From a virus (Duplodnaviria; Caudoviricetes), in IMG/VR virus record IMGVR_UViG_3300028888_000049: a stretch of 64,000 nucleotides of DNA; one strand, given 5' to 3'. Below are positions 8,610-18,471 of the stretch, piece by piece. Every line of letters starts with the position of its first letter. Positions within the stretch are counted from its first letter, which is position 1. The position numbers and the translations under genes were made by a program. The notes beneath the pieces are model-generated. The model searched no databases. It was given only the letters and a program-made list of their open reading frames with translations, and had not been told where the DNA came from.

Positions 8610-9161
8610 TCAGTCAATTTCATCGCCCGCCAAGAAGTAGTTGTAACTGAAGCTTGCACTGATAGTTACTGGATCAGAACTAGAAGCACTGATAGTCGGG
8701 AAAGAAATCTCGTTAGGGAATACATCATACAGACGAATATCATAACGAGTCATACCTTCCGGTTTTGGCTCATATACATCAGGATTCAGAAGAGCAATAT
8801 TAACAGTCGCTGTATATTCATCTAACAGAGAAATAGTACCATTTTTGAAGTTATGGTAGGTATTGCACCAAACTTTCAGAGCTTCGGTAATCTCGGAGTC
8901 CCAAACCTCTGTAAATTCAACGGCCCAATCCCCTGCACGCGTCTGCTTGCCGGCGTAGCGCCTTTCGAAGCCACCCCATTGAACTACGGTCTTGTCGCCG
9001 GTGAATTTAGGAAAGCCGTAAGATTGGCAGCGTAGTTCGAGGTCTTTTGTTTTGATAAGTTGTGTAAGAGGAGAGCCAGGTTTAAAGCTGATGACCCAGG
9101 TAGATACGAACATCTTCAAAGGGTCTTTTAAATTTTGTACACTAGCTAAAGTATGTAACAT
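8610..9161 (-). CDS. tail tube protein (T4 gp19-like)
   Basis: LRCQSYGFP, YAGK, W.VEF.E, LYDVFPNEIS, FSYNYF pattern; 183 aa. Confidence 0.8.
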   Translation of the reverse strand: MLHTLASVQNLKDPLKMFVSTWVISFKPGSPLTQLIKTKDLELRCQSYGFPKFTGDKTVVQWGGFERRYAGKQTRAGDWAVEFTEVWDSEITEALKVWCNTYHNFKNGTISLLDEYTATVNIALLNPDVYEPKPEGMTRYDIRLYDVFPNEISFPTISASSSDPVTISASFSYNYFLAGDEID

Positions 9162-9262
9162 GTTTTATATTCCTTATTATAGCTATAATTAATGTAAATC
9201 GATTAACATATATTAGAACAAGGAAAGTGTAAGTTTTAGCTAGTGATATGAAATTTATGGAG

Positions 9263-9343
9263 TTAGAGAGGTATGATTAGTGTAATGATGAAGAGGATGA
9301 TGATTGTGAGTATGAAGAGAGGTGTTGTTATGTTTTGTTCCAT
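9263..9343 (-). CDS. putative 26-aa single-pass membrane peptide
   Basis: MEQNITTPLFILTIIILFIITLIIPL*; AGGGAG RBS 8 nt upstream; below the ORF-track cutoff. Confidence 0.4.
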   Translation of the reverse strand: MEQNITTPLFILTIIILFIITLIIPL

Positions 9344-9636
9344 GTTCGTATCTCCCTGGTATGTATGAAGTGGGGCAAAGATTTGTAGGTTTTGAGATTT
9401 GGAGGTATTATGGTTTGATCCTTGCCCCGTAAGTTTTATTTCTGAGATACATACTATATATACAGTCTATATTAGTTGTTTCTTTTATTATGCCAAAATA
9501 TGTTATTAAGTTTCTTATTTTTAAAAGTAAGCGTTTGGTTATATCACTATATTTTTATAGTCTTAATAATATATTATATTTTTATATAAATTTGAGATAT
9601 ATATGTATATATAAGTATGTATCTTTTTTTCAGAAA

Positions 9637-10449
9637 TTAAGTCCTTTGTTTAATAGAGATGGTAGCTTTATCTGAATGAAGATAAGCTAGTAGATCTCTA
9701 TATTCTTTATTATACCGTATAGCATATTTTGGATAATGTTTTTTACGGTATTGGTATATATTAGATAAGAATTCTTCTTTTGTTTTTGGGTTTATATTAT
9801 TCATAATATTACTTATTATTTTATAGGCGCCCCCAGAACCATGTTGGATGATAGTAGATTTTATTGCAGCTTGGATAGCATTATTTGTCGAACTCCATGA
9901 TGTTACTCTATCTAGTCTTTTGTTGTGACTTTTATCCATACGATAGTAAACTGGTTTTATCTGTGTATCGTGAATAAATTTGTCGTAAAGGTCCCTGAAA
10001 TCGGATTTTCGTGCAAGGGATTTCCAAGTATTAATAAAATGCTTATCACCTTTAAACGCAGCAGGTTGTCCACCGACCGAATTTAGTATATGATAAGTTT
10101 TGGGGGAATGTTCTTGAACGTATTTCATGAAAAAATCAAATGTGGAAGGTTTATTGTTTTTTCGCCAAGTAGATATTTGTAATTTACCATATGAATATCC
10201 ACCGTAACAATCTTTAGATATTGCACTATAACCTTTACCACCATTTTCATATTTTGCTATAATCTCATGATTAGTATTTAAAGCATCATAATTAGTTCTA
10301 GCAGTTGCGTTAATTGAATTTAAAATTAATGTTCCACTTATTACAGCAAATGTCGTCCAAGAGTTAATGTTTATATTTAACATATTCTCTGTCCTAGTTT
10401 GTTGTGCTTCTTTTAATGCTTTTGAAACTATTTCTTCGAATTTTGGCAT
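9637..10449 (-). CDS. lysozyme-fold peptidoglycan hydrolase (VgrG3 C-terminal-like)
   Basis: AKYENGG...SKDCYGGYSYGKLQ...QHG...RYNKE motif series. Confidence 0.7.
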   Translation of the reverse strand: MPKFEEIVSKALKEAQQTRTENMLNININSWTTFAVISGTLILNSINATARTNYDALNTNHEIIAKYENGGKGYSAISKDCYGGYSYGKLQISTWRKNNKPSTFDFFMKYVQEHSPKTYHILNSVGGQPAAFKGDKHFINTWKSLARKSDFRDLYDKFIHDTQIKPVYYRMDKSHNKRLDRVTSWSSTNNAIQAAIKSTIIQHGSGGAYKIISNIMNNINPKTKEEFLSNIYQYRKKHYPKYAIRYNKEYRDLLAYLHSDKATISIKQRT

Positions 10450-10642
10450 AAGATATAGAACAGTGTAATTTTATCAAAATGGATTTCTCCTCTGTTATTA
10501 AAACACAAAAGTTAATATATGTTATTGAAATTAAAGTGTAAAGCCAAAAATTCTTAAAAATTCATATTTTATGGTTTTACATCTGTGAATTAGAGTGATA
10601 TATATTATAATAAGAGTATAAACTTTATAAAGGATATAGTAT

Positions 10643-10879
10643 ATGGGTTTTGATCTTAATGATGTTTGGAGTATAGCTACTTCTCAATTAATTAAAAACT
10701 TAGTTTTAAATGAACTTAACGAAATAAATAAAGAATATGCTAAAAAATATGAATTGCTATGTAAAATATATTCTCCTTCAACCGCTTATGAAATGATACT
10801 TGAGCTTTTAACAGATGGAGAGAAAGCTAAGCTCAAACAGCTTGATAAATATTTAGCAATATACTCAGGAGATAAATAA
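10643..10879 (+). CDS. hypothetical protein
   Basis: 78 aa, RBS, downstream of early promoter 10576. Confidence 0.7.
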   Translation: MGFDLNDVWSIATSQLIKNLVLNELNEINKEYAKKYELLCKIYSPSTAYEMILELLTDGEKAKLKQLDKYLAIYSGDK

Positions 10880-11104
10880 ATGAAACACTTTTATTATGTA
10901 TACAATCGTAGTTGTGAAAAACCAGTTCATAGACATGGTACATTAGAAGAAGCTGTAGTAGAAGCTATCAGATTAGCAGAACAAGAACATAAAAGTTATT
11001 ATGTATTAGAATCTGTAGCTAAAATTGTTTATAATCATGATGACAGTTCTACTATATATGAAGGACGTCAATTAGAAATGAAAGAACAAAAACTGAATGA
11101 CTAA
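10880..11104 (+). CDS. small phage protein of unknown function
   Basis: P..RH.TLEEA..EA.RLA...YVLE pattern; AGGAG RBS. Confidence 0.65.
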   Translation: MKHFYYVYNRSCEKPVHRHGTLEEAVVEAIRLAEQEHKSYYVLESVAKIVYNHDDSSTIYEGRQLEMKEQKLND

Positions 11105-11696
11105 AGTAAGTATAATCGTACCAGTATATAATACAGAAAAATATTTATGTAGATGTTTAGATTCATTAGTTAAACAAACACTAAAAGATATTGAAATTAT
11201 TTGTATTGATGATGCTAGTACAGATAATAGTAAAAATATCATTAAAGAATATGAAAAGAAATATACAAATGTAAAAGGATATTATCTTACTATAAATAAA
11301 GGCGTTGCAAATGCTCGTAATATTGGACTAAATAAAAGTCAAGGTGAGTTTATAGGCTTTTGTGATTCTGATGATTTTGTTGATGAAGGTTATTTTGAGA
11401 ATTTATATAATCAATCTAAAACATATGATTTAATTAGAGGAATACGTTTAATAGATAAAAGACATGGTAAAAACGAATATGGATGTTTAGTACCTAGTAT
11501 AATAAGAAGAACTTTTTTAATACAAAATAATCTTAGATTTCCAAATAAAAATATCGGTGAAGATAGTACATTAAAAAGATGGATATATAATCATACTGAT
11601 AAAATTTTAGAAGTAGAAGATAATGGTCAATATTATCATTATATGAAAAGAGCAGGATCACTGTCTAATTATAATATAGAGGAGAAAAATGAGTAA
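11097..11696 (+). CDS. glycosyltransferase family 2
   Basis: VSIIVPVYN, IDDASTD, ARNIGL, FCDSDD, GED. Confidence 0.92.
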   Translation: MTKVSIIVPVYNTEKYLCRCLDSLVKQTLKDIEIICIDDASTDNSKNIIKEYEKKYTNVKGYYLTINKGVANARNIGLNKSQGEFIGFCDSDDFVDEGYFENLYNQSKTYDLIRGIRLIDKRHGKNEYGCLVPSIIRRTFLIQNNLRFPNKNIGEDSTLKRWIYNHTDKILEVEDNGQYYHYMKRAGSLSNYNIEEKNE

Positions 11697-12384
11697 ACCT
11701 TTAGTATCAATTATTTTAACATTATATGAAATTAAAAAAGAATATTTATTAGAATGTCTTGAATCTATATTAAATCAATCTTATGATAACATAGAAATAA
11801 TTGCGATAGATGATTGCTCTCCTACAGTTAAATATGATGATATAACAAAATTATCTCCAAAAATACATCTTTATCATAATAAAACTAATCTTAAAATGAA
11901 TAAGACAGTAAATAAAGGTTTTTCATTAGCTAAAGGTAAATATATAATAAGATTAGGTAGTGATGATATATTTGCTAAAACAATGATTGAAGAAGAAGTT
12001 AATTTTCTTGAAAAATTTCACGAATACGGAGCTGTTTGTTGTGAATTAGAAAGATTTGGAAGAAGAACTAACGTAATACATCGACCAAAAGAATGGAATC
12101 TTAATAAAATCATAAATGAAAGACAATTAGCTGGTACTGGTTATGCTGGTGGTATGATGTTCAGAAAAGATTTATTAAAAAATTGTTCTATCGATGAAAG
12201 TCTTAAAATATGTGAAGATTTTGATTTTCAACTACAGATATTACATCATATGCCTATCGCTAGTATTCATAAAGTACTTTATTACTATAGATCACATGAA
12301 ACAAACATTTGTAGATCAGTATCAACGAATGACCGACTTACCTTAATTGATAAAATCTTAGAAAAGCATAAATTACTTTTATAA
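11689..12384 (+). CDS. glycosyltransferase family 2
   Basis: VSII, IDDCS, LGSDD, EDFDF, LYYYRSH. Confidence 0.9.
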   Translation: MSKPLVSIILTLYEIKKEYLLECLESILNQSYDNIEIIAIDDCSPTVKYDDITKLSPKIHLYHNKTNLKMNKTVNKGFSLAKGKYIIRLGSDDIFAKTMIEEEVNFLEKFHEYGAVCCELERFGRRTNVIHRPKEWNLNKIINERQLAGTGYAGGMMFRKDLLKNCSIDESLKICEDFDFQLQILHHMPIASIHKVLYYYRSHETNICRSVSTNDRLTLIDKILEKHKLLL

Positions 12385-12402
12385 TTAATAGTTCTATATA
12401 AT

Positions 12403-12449
12403 GTGGCTAGGCTCGCTACCGAAAAGAGTACAACTCATACTCCTGCCAC
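12403..12449 (+). ncRNA. three-way-junction RNA element in the 5' leader of an endonuclease gene
   Basis: GTGGC-TA-GG(CTCGCTA)CC-GAAAA-GAGTA(CAACTCA)TACTC-CT-GCCAC; starts N6 after GTTCTA at 12391. Confidence 0.7.
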
Positions 12450-12487
12450 TCTCTTTTTAATTGAGTACTATATGGAGATATAGAATT

Positions 12488-13930
12488 ATGTCTAGTAAAT
12501 ATGATTGTATTTCAGATGAAATTTTAATAGAATTATATATTAACCAAAATTTACCAATATCAGTAGTAGCCAAAAAATTAAATGGCAGTAAAACACAAAT
12601 TAGACTCTTACTTATAAAAAGAGGTATTATAAAATCAAAAGAATTACGTCATCAACAATATACTAATACTTTAAATGAATTTTATGCAAATCGTACAGAA
12701 GAGCAATATCTTCATAAAAGTAGAGCTTGTAAAGATAGATGGAATAATTCTACAGAAGAAGAAAAAATAGAATGGATGAAGCCATTAAATAAAGTAAATG
12801 CTCATAGATCTCCTGAACATGAAGCTGCATTAATAAAATCATATAAAAATTTTTTAAAAAATGAATCAAAAGAAGATAGAGCTATACGTTTAGAAAATAT
12901 AAGAATTAGTACTACTAAAGCTATTAAAAATATGTCTCCTGAAACAAAAGCAAAAGCATCTGAAAAAAGAAAAAACACTTGGAATAATAAAACTGAAGAC
13001 GAAAAACGAAAAATTAAAGAAAAAAGACAAAAAACTATGTCTGCAAAATCATTAGAAGAAAAATCAAGTTATATAGAAAAAGGAAGACTTACAAAACTAA
13101 AAAACGGAACGCTTTTTACATCTAACGATGAAAATATATTTATAAACTATTTAAATGAATTAGGCTATAAAACTAGTAAATTTTATTTAAAAGAACATAT
13201 AAATACGACTACAAAATCCGAAATAGATATCTATATAGATGAACAAAAACTCGGGATTGAAATTAATGGAATATACTTTCATAGTATAAATGGAAAAAAT
13301 CATCGTGACAAATATTATCATTATAATAAAACAGAAGATGCAAGATTAAATAATTTCAGTTTAATTCACTTATGGGAAGATTGGATACATACAAATTTAG
13401 AAACATGTAAAAATATATTATTTAATAGACTAGATTTGTCTCATACAAAAACATTAGACACTCTTAATTATATACAAATAAATCAGAATGTATTTGAAGA
13501 TTTAAGAAAAAATTTTACACTAGATTATTCAAAAACTTATGCTAATATGTATAAAGTAATGAATAATACAGAATGTTATGCCATTCTAGGCTTGAATATT
13601 AAAGACAGAATCATAGAATTTAATTTATTCGAAAATCCTTTATACAAAATATCAAACTTAATACAAAGTACTATTAAATTCATAATAAATACTTTTAATC
13701 CAAATAAAATATATACATCATTAATGAGAGATATCTATATTGCTGATAATTATCTTAATAATAGCTTCGTCCTAGTAAATTATACAGAGCCAAATAGATT
13801 TTTAATAAAAGGCAATTACCAAAGATTTTATACAGATATCTCTGTTTCTGAATTAAAAAATCAAGAAAATACAAATAATATATTTGAATGTTATGGATCT
13901 GGATATATAAAATTAGAATATAAAGAATAG
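12488..13930 (+). CDS. homing-endonuclease-like protein (HTH, basic repeats, VSR/DUF559-like nuclease)
   Basis: EIDIYI...GIEINGIYFHS...HYNKT...LIHLWEDW; C-terminal CYGSG; ATG 12488 with GGAG RBS preferred over TTG 12461. Confidence 0.8.
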   Translation: MSSKYDCISDEILIELYINQNLPISVVAKKLNGSKTQIRLLLIKRGIIKSKELRHQQYTNTLNEFYANRTEEQYLHKSRACKDRWNNSTEEEKIEWMKPLNKVNAHRSPEHEAALIKSYKNFLKNESKEDRAIRLENIRISTTKAIKNMSPETKAKASEKRKNTWNNKTEDEKRKIKEKRQKTMSAKSLEEKSSYIEKGRLTKLKNGTLFTSNDENIFINYLNELGYKTSKFYLKEHINTTTKSEIDIYIDEQKLGIEINGIYFHSINGKNHRDKYYHYNKTEDARLNNFSLIHLWEDWIHTNLETCKNILFNRLDLSHTKTLDTLNYIQINQNVFEDLRKNFTLDYSKTYANMYKVMNNTECYAILGLNIKDRIIEFNLFENPLYKISNLIQSTIKFIINTFNPNKIYTSLMRDIYIADNYLNNSFVLVNYTEPNRFLIKGNYQRFYTDISVSELKNQENTNNIFECYGSGYIKLEYKE

Positions 13931-14013
13931 TTTTTATGACTTTTGACTAGTTCTATATAATCAGTTATATAATTTTATAAGTTTTATTTGCAAATCAAAC
14001 TAGGATTTTCTAA

Positions 14014-16818
14014 ATGTCAGATAAATTAAAGAAAGATCAAGCTTCAGGTAGATATTTTTTATATGAATCTACTGAATTTAATGTAAAACCAGTAATTTCT
14101 AAAGATTTAAAAGAATCTCTAAAGATTTCAAACGGAAAAGCCGGCACTCTTATCGTAAGAAACGTACCAGTCACAATTCTTAATAGAGAAAATATGAACG
14201 GGCGTATCTATACAACACAAGTTTTGGAAGAAGCTATTGCTGAATGTAAGCGTCTTAACAAATTTGCTGATAAGATGCTTTTATCGAAGCCGGATGAACA
14301 TCCGGAAGATTCGTTCATCCCTCCTTCAAAAGCATCACATGCTGTTATTAATTGTTATATTAAAAAGAATGTACCGATCGTAGTTGAAGGTAAAAAAGAA
14401 CGTCATGATGTTCTTTTCCAAGACTGGGAAATCTTTAATACAGCAAATGGTAAAGATATGCGTGCATTAGTAGAAGCTGGTGTATCATTTGGTGTTTCTA
14501 TTCGTGGTTTAGGCGATCTAGAAGGCAAATACGTAAAAAATTATAGTTTACTTGGAACTGATCTTGTAGGGAACCCAAGTTCTTCTACGTTTTCTGGTAT
14601 GCCCGTTGCTGAATCTGTTGTTGAATCTGTAAATGAAGATAAGTCTAAAAAGCCATTAAAAGAAGAGTTTGTTGTTTCTAGTTCTTCAACAACTGTTATG
14701 AAAGATATAGAACAAGCTTCTAAATTAGCTATGGAAATTGATGAACTTAATTATGGTACTGTTGTAAAGACATCTACAAAAGTTGATGATGAAACAGATC
14801 CTAAGACTGGTGTTTCTACAAGTTTAGTTACGTTTGAAGCTGAAACAGAAGATAAAGCAACTGATTTAGATACAGCTTTAATGTTAGCTAAAAGAGCTAT
14901 TTTAAATGGTAAAGTTGATATTGATTCTGTTACTATTGAAAACGTTAAAGAAGATCAACCGAAAGAATCTGCTGAAAATAATGACGCTTCTGTATTAAAA
15001 GAAGAAGAAAAAGATCCAATGTATTTAGCTTTGAAGAAAAGTAATTATTATCGTTTTAACACACCTGAAGAATATATGAAGTTTATAAATGATAATGTTA
15101 AATATCTTGATAATGGTTATTCATTACCAGAAGCTGAAGAAATTTTTGCTGAGTATACTGATGGTAAAATTAGTCCTGAATTAGCTTGTCATAAACTTGA
15201 AGGATTTGTTGGTAATATTATAAATAAAACTTTTAATAAAGATATTCCAGCATTAAATGAAGATGAGAACAATGATGATGCTGATGATACTGAGCGTTAT
15301 GGAGTATGTGGTTGGTGCGGTGAAAAATTGCCATTATCTGATTTAAAGAAAGAAAAAGATTTAGGATATGTATGCAATCATTGTGCTAAAGGTCTTGCAT
15401 CTCGTGAAGGTCCGCTTAATTTTGAAGATGAATATGTACCTGAATCTAAAATGAATAAAATGAGTACTGTAAAAGAAGCTAAAGAAGAAAAAGAAGAAGA
15501 TCCAAATACAGGTAAGAAATTTATCTTAAAAACTCCCCAAGGTTTTGTCGCTATGGATGGTAATGCATTGGTATTTAAACAAAATCCTAAAGAAGCATTA
15601 CATTTTATTGTTGGCAAAGAAGAAACGGGATTAGTACATCTTTCTAAAGTACAAGAAATTTTAGATACTATGGGTGTCTATGATGTAGAAAAGTACTATA
15701 AAAAAGATATCACAGATATTAGTGCTCCGGAAGAAGGTAACGGAATTGCTCCTAAGGGTGATTCTGAATTTGCTCCAAAAGAAGAATCTAGTGAAGAATT
15801 AACAGAAGATAATGGAAGCAATACAAGATTTTCTGCACAAGTTGCTTATGATAAAGGTAATGGTAATCTTGAGACAAATACTGTTCCTGTTTCTGGTGTT
15901 GAATTAGATAGTATTCTTGCCGAAGTAGGTAATTTATATGATATGAAATCGCAAAAAGCAGATGGTACTGTATCTATTAAAGTTACTGATACACAAACTG
16001 GACAAGTTTACCAATATAATAAACAAAATAATTCATTAGATCCTATACAAAGTGCTGATACAAATATGGCAGATGTTCAACAAGAACCACAACTCGATGC
16101 TCCTATTCAAGAAGCTAATGGTGAAATTGAACAAAAAGCTAATGAATTAAAAGTTGACTTAGATAAAGATCATTCAGTTACAAAGAAGTTTGATACTGTA
16201 GCTCAAGCTAGTATTGCAAAAGCTGGTATGGAACAAGGTAAATTGAATGGTGACGTCATGCTCAGTGAAGAAGATCAAAAATACGAAGATGCTCCTGATT
16301 ATGGTGAAGAAAATGTTGAATTTGGTTGGTATGCATTAAGTCCTAATACTGATGCTCAGGGTAGACCTGATTTAATTGGACCATTTGAAAGTGAAGAAGA
16401 AGCAAATAATGCTCTTGCTGAAGTAATTGATATGGTTGAAATCTTTGAAGTTACTCCAGATGGTATTCACCAAGGAAATGATATGGCATTAGCAGCAGAG
16501 TCTAATTTAGATGAAAAGATTTTCTCTAATCCTACGAACCCTTCTGATGAATTTGTATCTGTTCCATTAAAAGATAGTGATAATTTAAAATTTAGTTTAG
16601 ACAATATTGATTGGGATATTGATAGTGTTGTTAATAAACTTTATGATGGTGAATTTGTAGATATTGACAATTTACCAGATCATTTAGAAGTTGAATTAAC
16701 AGAAGATGAATTCAAAAATGTTGCTAATGTTGAAGAATTAATGAACGTTATCAAAAATAAAGCTTCAGAACAAATCGGTATTAAAATTAATAATGCCGTT
16801 TTAGATAGAATTGCTTAA
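14014..16818 (+). CDS. prohead protease (T4 gp21-like) with ~740 aa acidic extension
   Basis: NMNGRIY, HP, SH, GVSIRGLG, DLVGNPS; later CGWC..CNHC zinc ribbon. Confidence 0.88.
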   Translation: MSDKLKKDQASGRYFLYESTEFNVKPVISKDLKESLKISNGKAGTLIVRNVPVTILNRENMNGRIYTTQVLEEAIAECKRLNKFADKMLLSKPDEHPEDSFIPPSKASHAVINCYIKKNVPIVVEGKKERHDVLFQDWEIFNTANGKDMRALVEAGVSFGVSIRGLGDLEGKYVKNYSLLGTDLVGNPSSSTFSGMPVAESVVESVNEDKSKKPLKEEFVVSSSSTTVMKDIEQASKLAMEIDELNYGTVVKTSTKVDDETDPKTGVSTSLVTFEAETEDKATDLDTALMLAKRAILNGKVDIDSVTIENVKEDQPKESAENNDASVLKEEEKDPMYLALKKSNYYRFNTPEEYMKFINDNVKYLDNGYSLPEAEEIFAEYTDGKISPELACHKLEGFVGNIINKTFNKDIPALNEDENNDDADDTERYGVCGWCGEKLPLSDLKKEKDLGYVCNHCAKGLASREGPLNFEDEYVPESKMNKMSTVKEAKEEKEEDPNTGKKFILKTPQGFVAMDGNALVFKQNPKEALHFIVGKEETGLVHLSKVQEILDTMGVYDVEKYYKKDITDISAPEEGNGIAPKGDSEFAPKEESSEELTEDNGSNTRFSAQVAYDKGNGNLETNTVPVSGVELDSILAEVGNLYDMKSQKADGTVSIKVTDTQTGQVYQYNKQNNSLDPIQSADTNMADVQQEPQLDAPIQEANGEIEQKANELKVDLDKDHSVTKKFDTVAQASIAKAGMEQGKLNGDVMLSEEDQKYEDAPDYGEENVEFGWYALSPNTDAQGRPDLIGPFESEEEANNALAEVIDMVEIFEVTPDGIHQGNDMALAAESNLDEKIFSNPTNPSDEFVSVPLKDSDNLKFSLDNIDWDIDSVVNKLYDGEFVDIDNLPDHLEVELTEDEFKNVANVEELMNVIKNKASEQIGIKINNAVLDRIA

Positions 16819-16886
16819 AATAAACAGTTCTATATATCGTAAATAGTTTATACTAATTTTTATCAATATTTACTAGATTATATAAG

Positions 16887-17630
16887 GTGATTAGAAACAT
16901 GACAAAAGATGAAATCTTAAAAAGTATTAAAGCTTTGAAAGAATCTAATGCTTTGAACGTTAAAAAAGCAGAAGATACTTTGCAAAACATTGATGCAAAA
17001 GAAGTAAGTGATGCTAAAGTTGCTCAAGGTATCACAGGTTTGACATCAGAATTGCCGACGCAAAAAGATGTTGAAAAAGAAGTTAATAAAGACGAAGGAC
17101 CGATCGTTCCTGCTGATAAAGATGGCGTTTCAAAGAACGGTGGTGAGTCTGATAAACTTGAAGATGGTAAAGTAGAAGCAGAGCGTAAGAAAGAAGATAA
17201 TGGTATGAAAGACGTTATCAATGTTTCTGATCGCAAAGTTGAAGAAAATGCTGAATCTACAGCTGAATTGTTAAATCAATTGAAAGAAGCTGCAGCTCGT
17301 GAAGAAAAATATAAGAAAGAAGTTGCAACGATGAAAAAGCTGTGTGAAGAAGCTATCGAAATGCAAGGTAAAGCTTTAACAGAATTACATGCTAAGAAAA
17401 TGCATACAGTTTTTGAAGCTATTGTTGCTAAAGGTGAAGCTCTTGAAAAAGAAATGAACGAAGCCAAGATTAAAAATGAAAAATTGTATAAATCGGCTCA
17501 AAAATTGTACGAAGGTTCTACTCGTTTGAATAAAATCTTGTTAGAAGCTGTTAAGAAAGCTCAACCAGAAAAGAAGATGACACGTTATATGTCTGCTTCT
17601 GCTCGTGCTATGGCTGCTTTCAATAAGTAA
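16887..17630 (+). CDS. prohead scaffold/core protein candidate
   Basis: charged coiled-coil after the protease, own late promoter (16827), LKE motifs; start likely ATG 16899. Confidence 0.6.
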   Translation: MIRNMTKDEILKSIKALKESNALNVKKAEDTLQNIDAKEVSDAKVAQGITGLTSELPTQKDVEKEVNKDEGPIVPADKDGVSKNGGESDKLEDGKVEAERKKEDNGMKDVINVSDRKVEENAESTAELLNQLKEAAAREEKYKKEVATMKKLCEEAIEMQGKALTELHAKKMHTVFEAIVAKGEALEKEMNEAKIKNEKLYKSAQKLYEGSTRLNKILLEAVKKAQPEKKMTRYMSASARAMAAFNK

Positions 17631-17650
17631 TTTGCATTTTATAGTCATTA

Positions 17651-17685
17651 AGAGAGAGTTGGTATAAAAGCTGACTCTCTTTTTC
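17651..17685 (+). terminator. intrinsic terminator
   Basis: AGAGAGTTGG...CTGACTCTCT followed by a T run. Confidence 0.75.
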
Positions 17686-17703
17686 TATACAGTTCTAATA
17701 GTT

Positions 17704-18393
17704 ATGAATAGATTTATTGAAATACTATTAAATTTTATAAGTAAGCTTTTTAAATCTTCTAGCAACAGTATTGAGGAGAAACCTGTCATGAATAAATTCT
17801 TATCAGATCAAGATTTTAGAGACTTAGGTATTGAATTTGGTATAGAACCTGCTTGTATTAGAGCTATTTTTAAAGTAGAAGCAGGTGGAAAATCAGGTTT
17901 CTTACAAGCAGATCCTTCTAAACCAGTAACATTAGAAGAAGGACACATATTTTATAAGTACGGTAAACAAAAAGGACTAGATGTAGACAGTTTATGTGTT
18001 TCTTATCCTACAATATGCTATAAAAGTTGGACAAAACAATATTATAAGACTGGATTAGCTGAATATGCTAGATATGAATTAGCAGCAAGTGTCAATCAAG
18101 AAGTTGCTATGTTAGCTACAAGCTGGGGTTGTGGTCAAGTTATGGGATTTAATTATAAAGCTTGTGGATATAGTACTGTAAAAGCCTTTGTAAATGATAT
18201 GTATTTGTCTGAAAAGTTACAATTACGAGCTATGTGTATGTTTATAAAGTCTAATACTAAGATGTTTAATGCTTTAAAAACTAAAGACTGGAAAACTTTT
18301 GCCAGTTGTTATAATGGTCCTGGTTATGCGAGCAATAAATATGATAGTAAATTAGCTAAAGCTTATGAAGACTATTCAAAAATATACGTATAA
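17704..18393 (+). CDS. N-acetylmuramidase endolysin (DUF3380 family)
   Basis: VEAGG, EGHIF, SWGCGQVMGFNY, YNGPGY...YDSKL. Confidence 0.9.
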   Translation: MNRFIEILLNFISKLFKSSSNSIEEKPVMNKFLSDQDFRDLGIEFGIEPACIRAIFKVEAGGKSGFLQADPSKPVTLEEGHIFYKYGKQKGLDVDSLCVSYPTICYKSWTKQYYKTGLAEYARYELAASVNQEVAMLATSWGCGQVMGFNYKACGYSTVKAFVNDMYLSEKLQLRAMCMFIKSNTKMFNALKTKDWKTFASCYNGPGYASNKYDSKLAKAYEDYSKIYV

Positions 18394-18471
18394 CAGAAAA
18401 ATAATTTAAAAAATTCTAAAATTTTTGTAATTCTATAATATATAAGTAGTAATAAAAGTAATGGTGATAGT

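Noticed and set aside
9490-9675. 61-aa + strand ORF
   Set aside because: Low-complexity AT-rich sequence, no RBS, overlaps the end of the hydrolase gene.
12403-12449. Hammerhead or HDV-like ribozyme
   Set aside because: Lacks the CUGANGA core and the nested double pseudoknot.
12488-13930. TnpB/IscB-type RNA-guided nuclease
   Set aside because: No RuvC or HNH motifs, and the adjacent RNA is only 47 nt with no evident guide segment.
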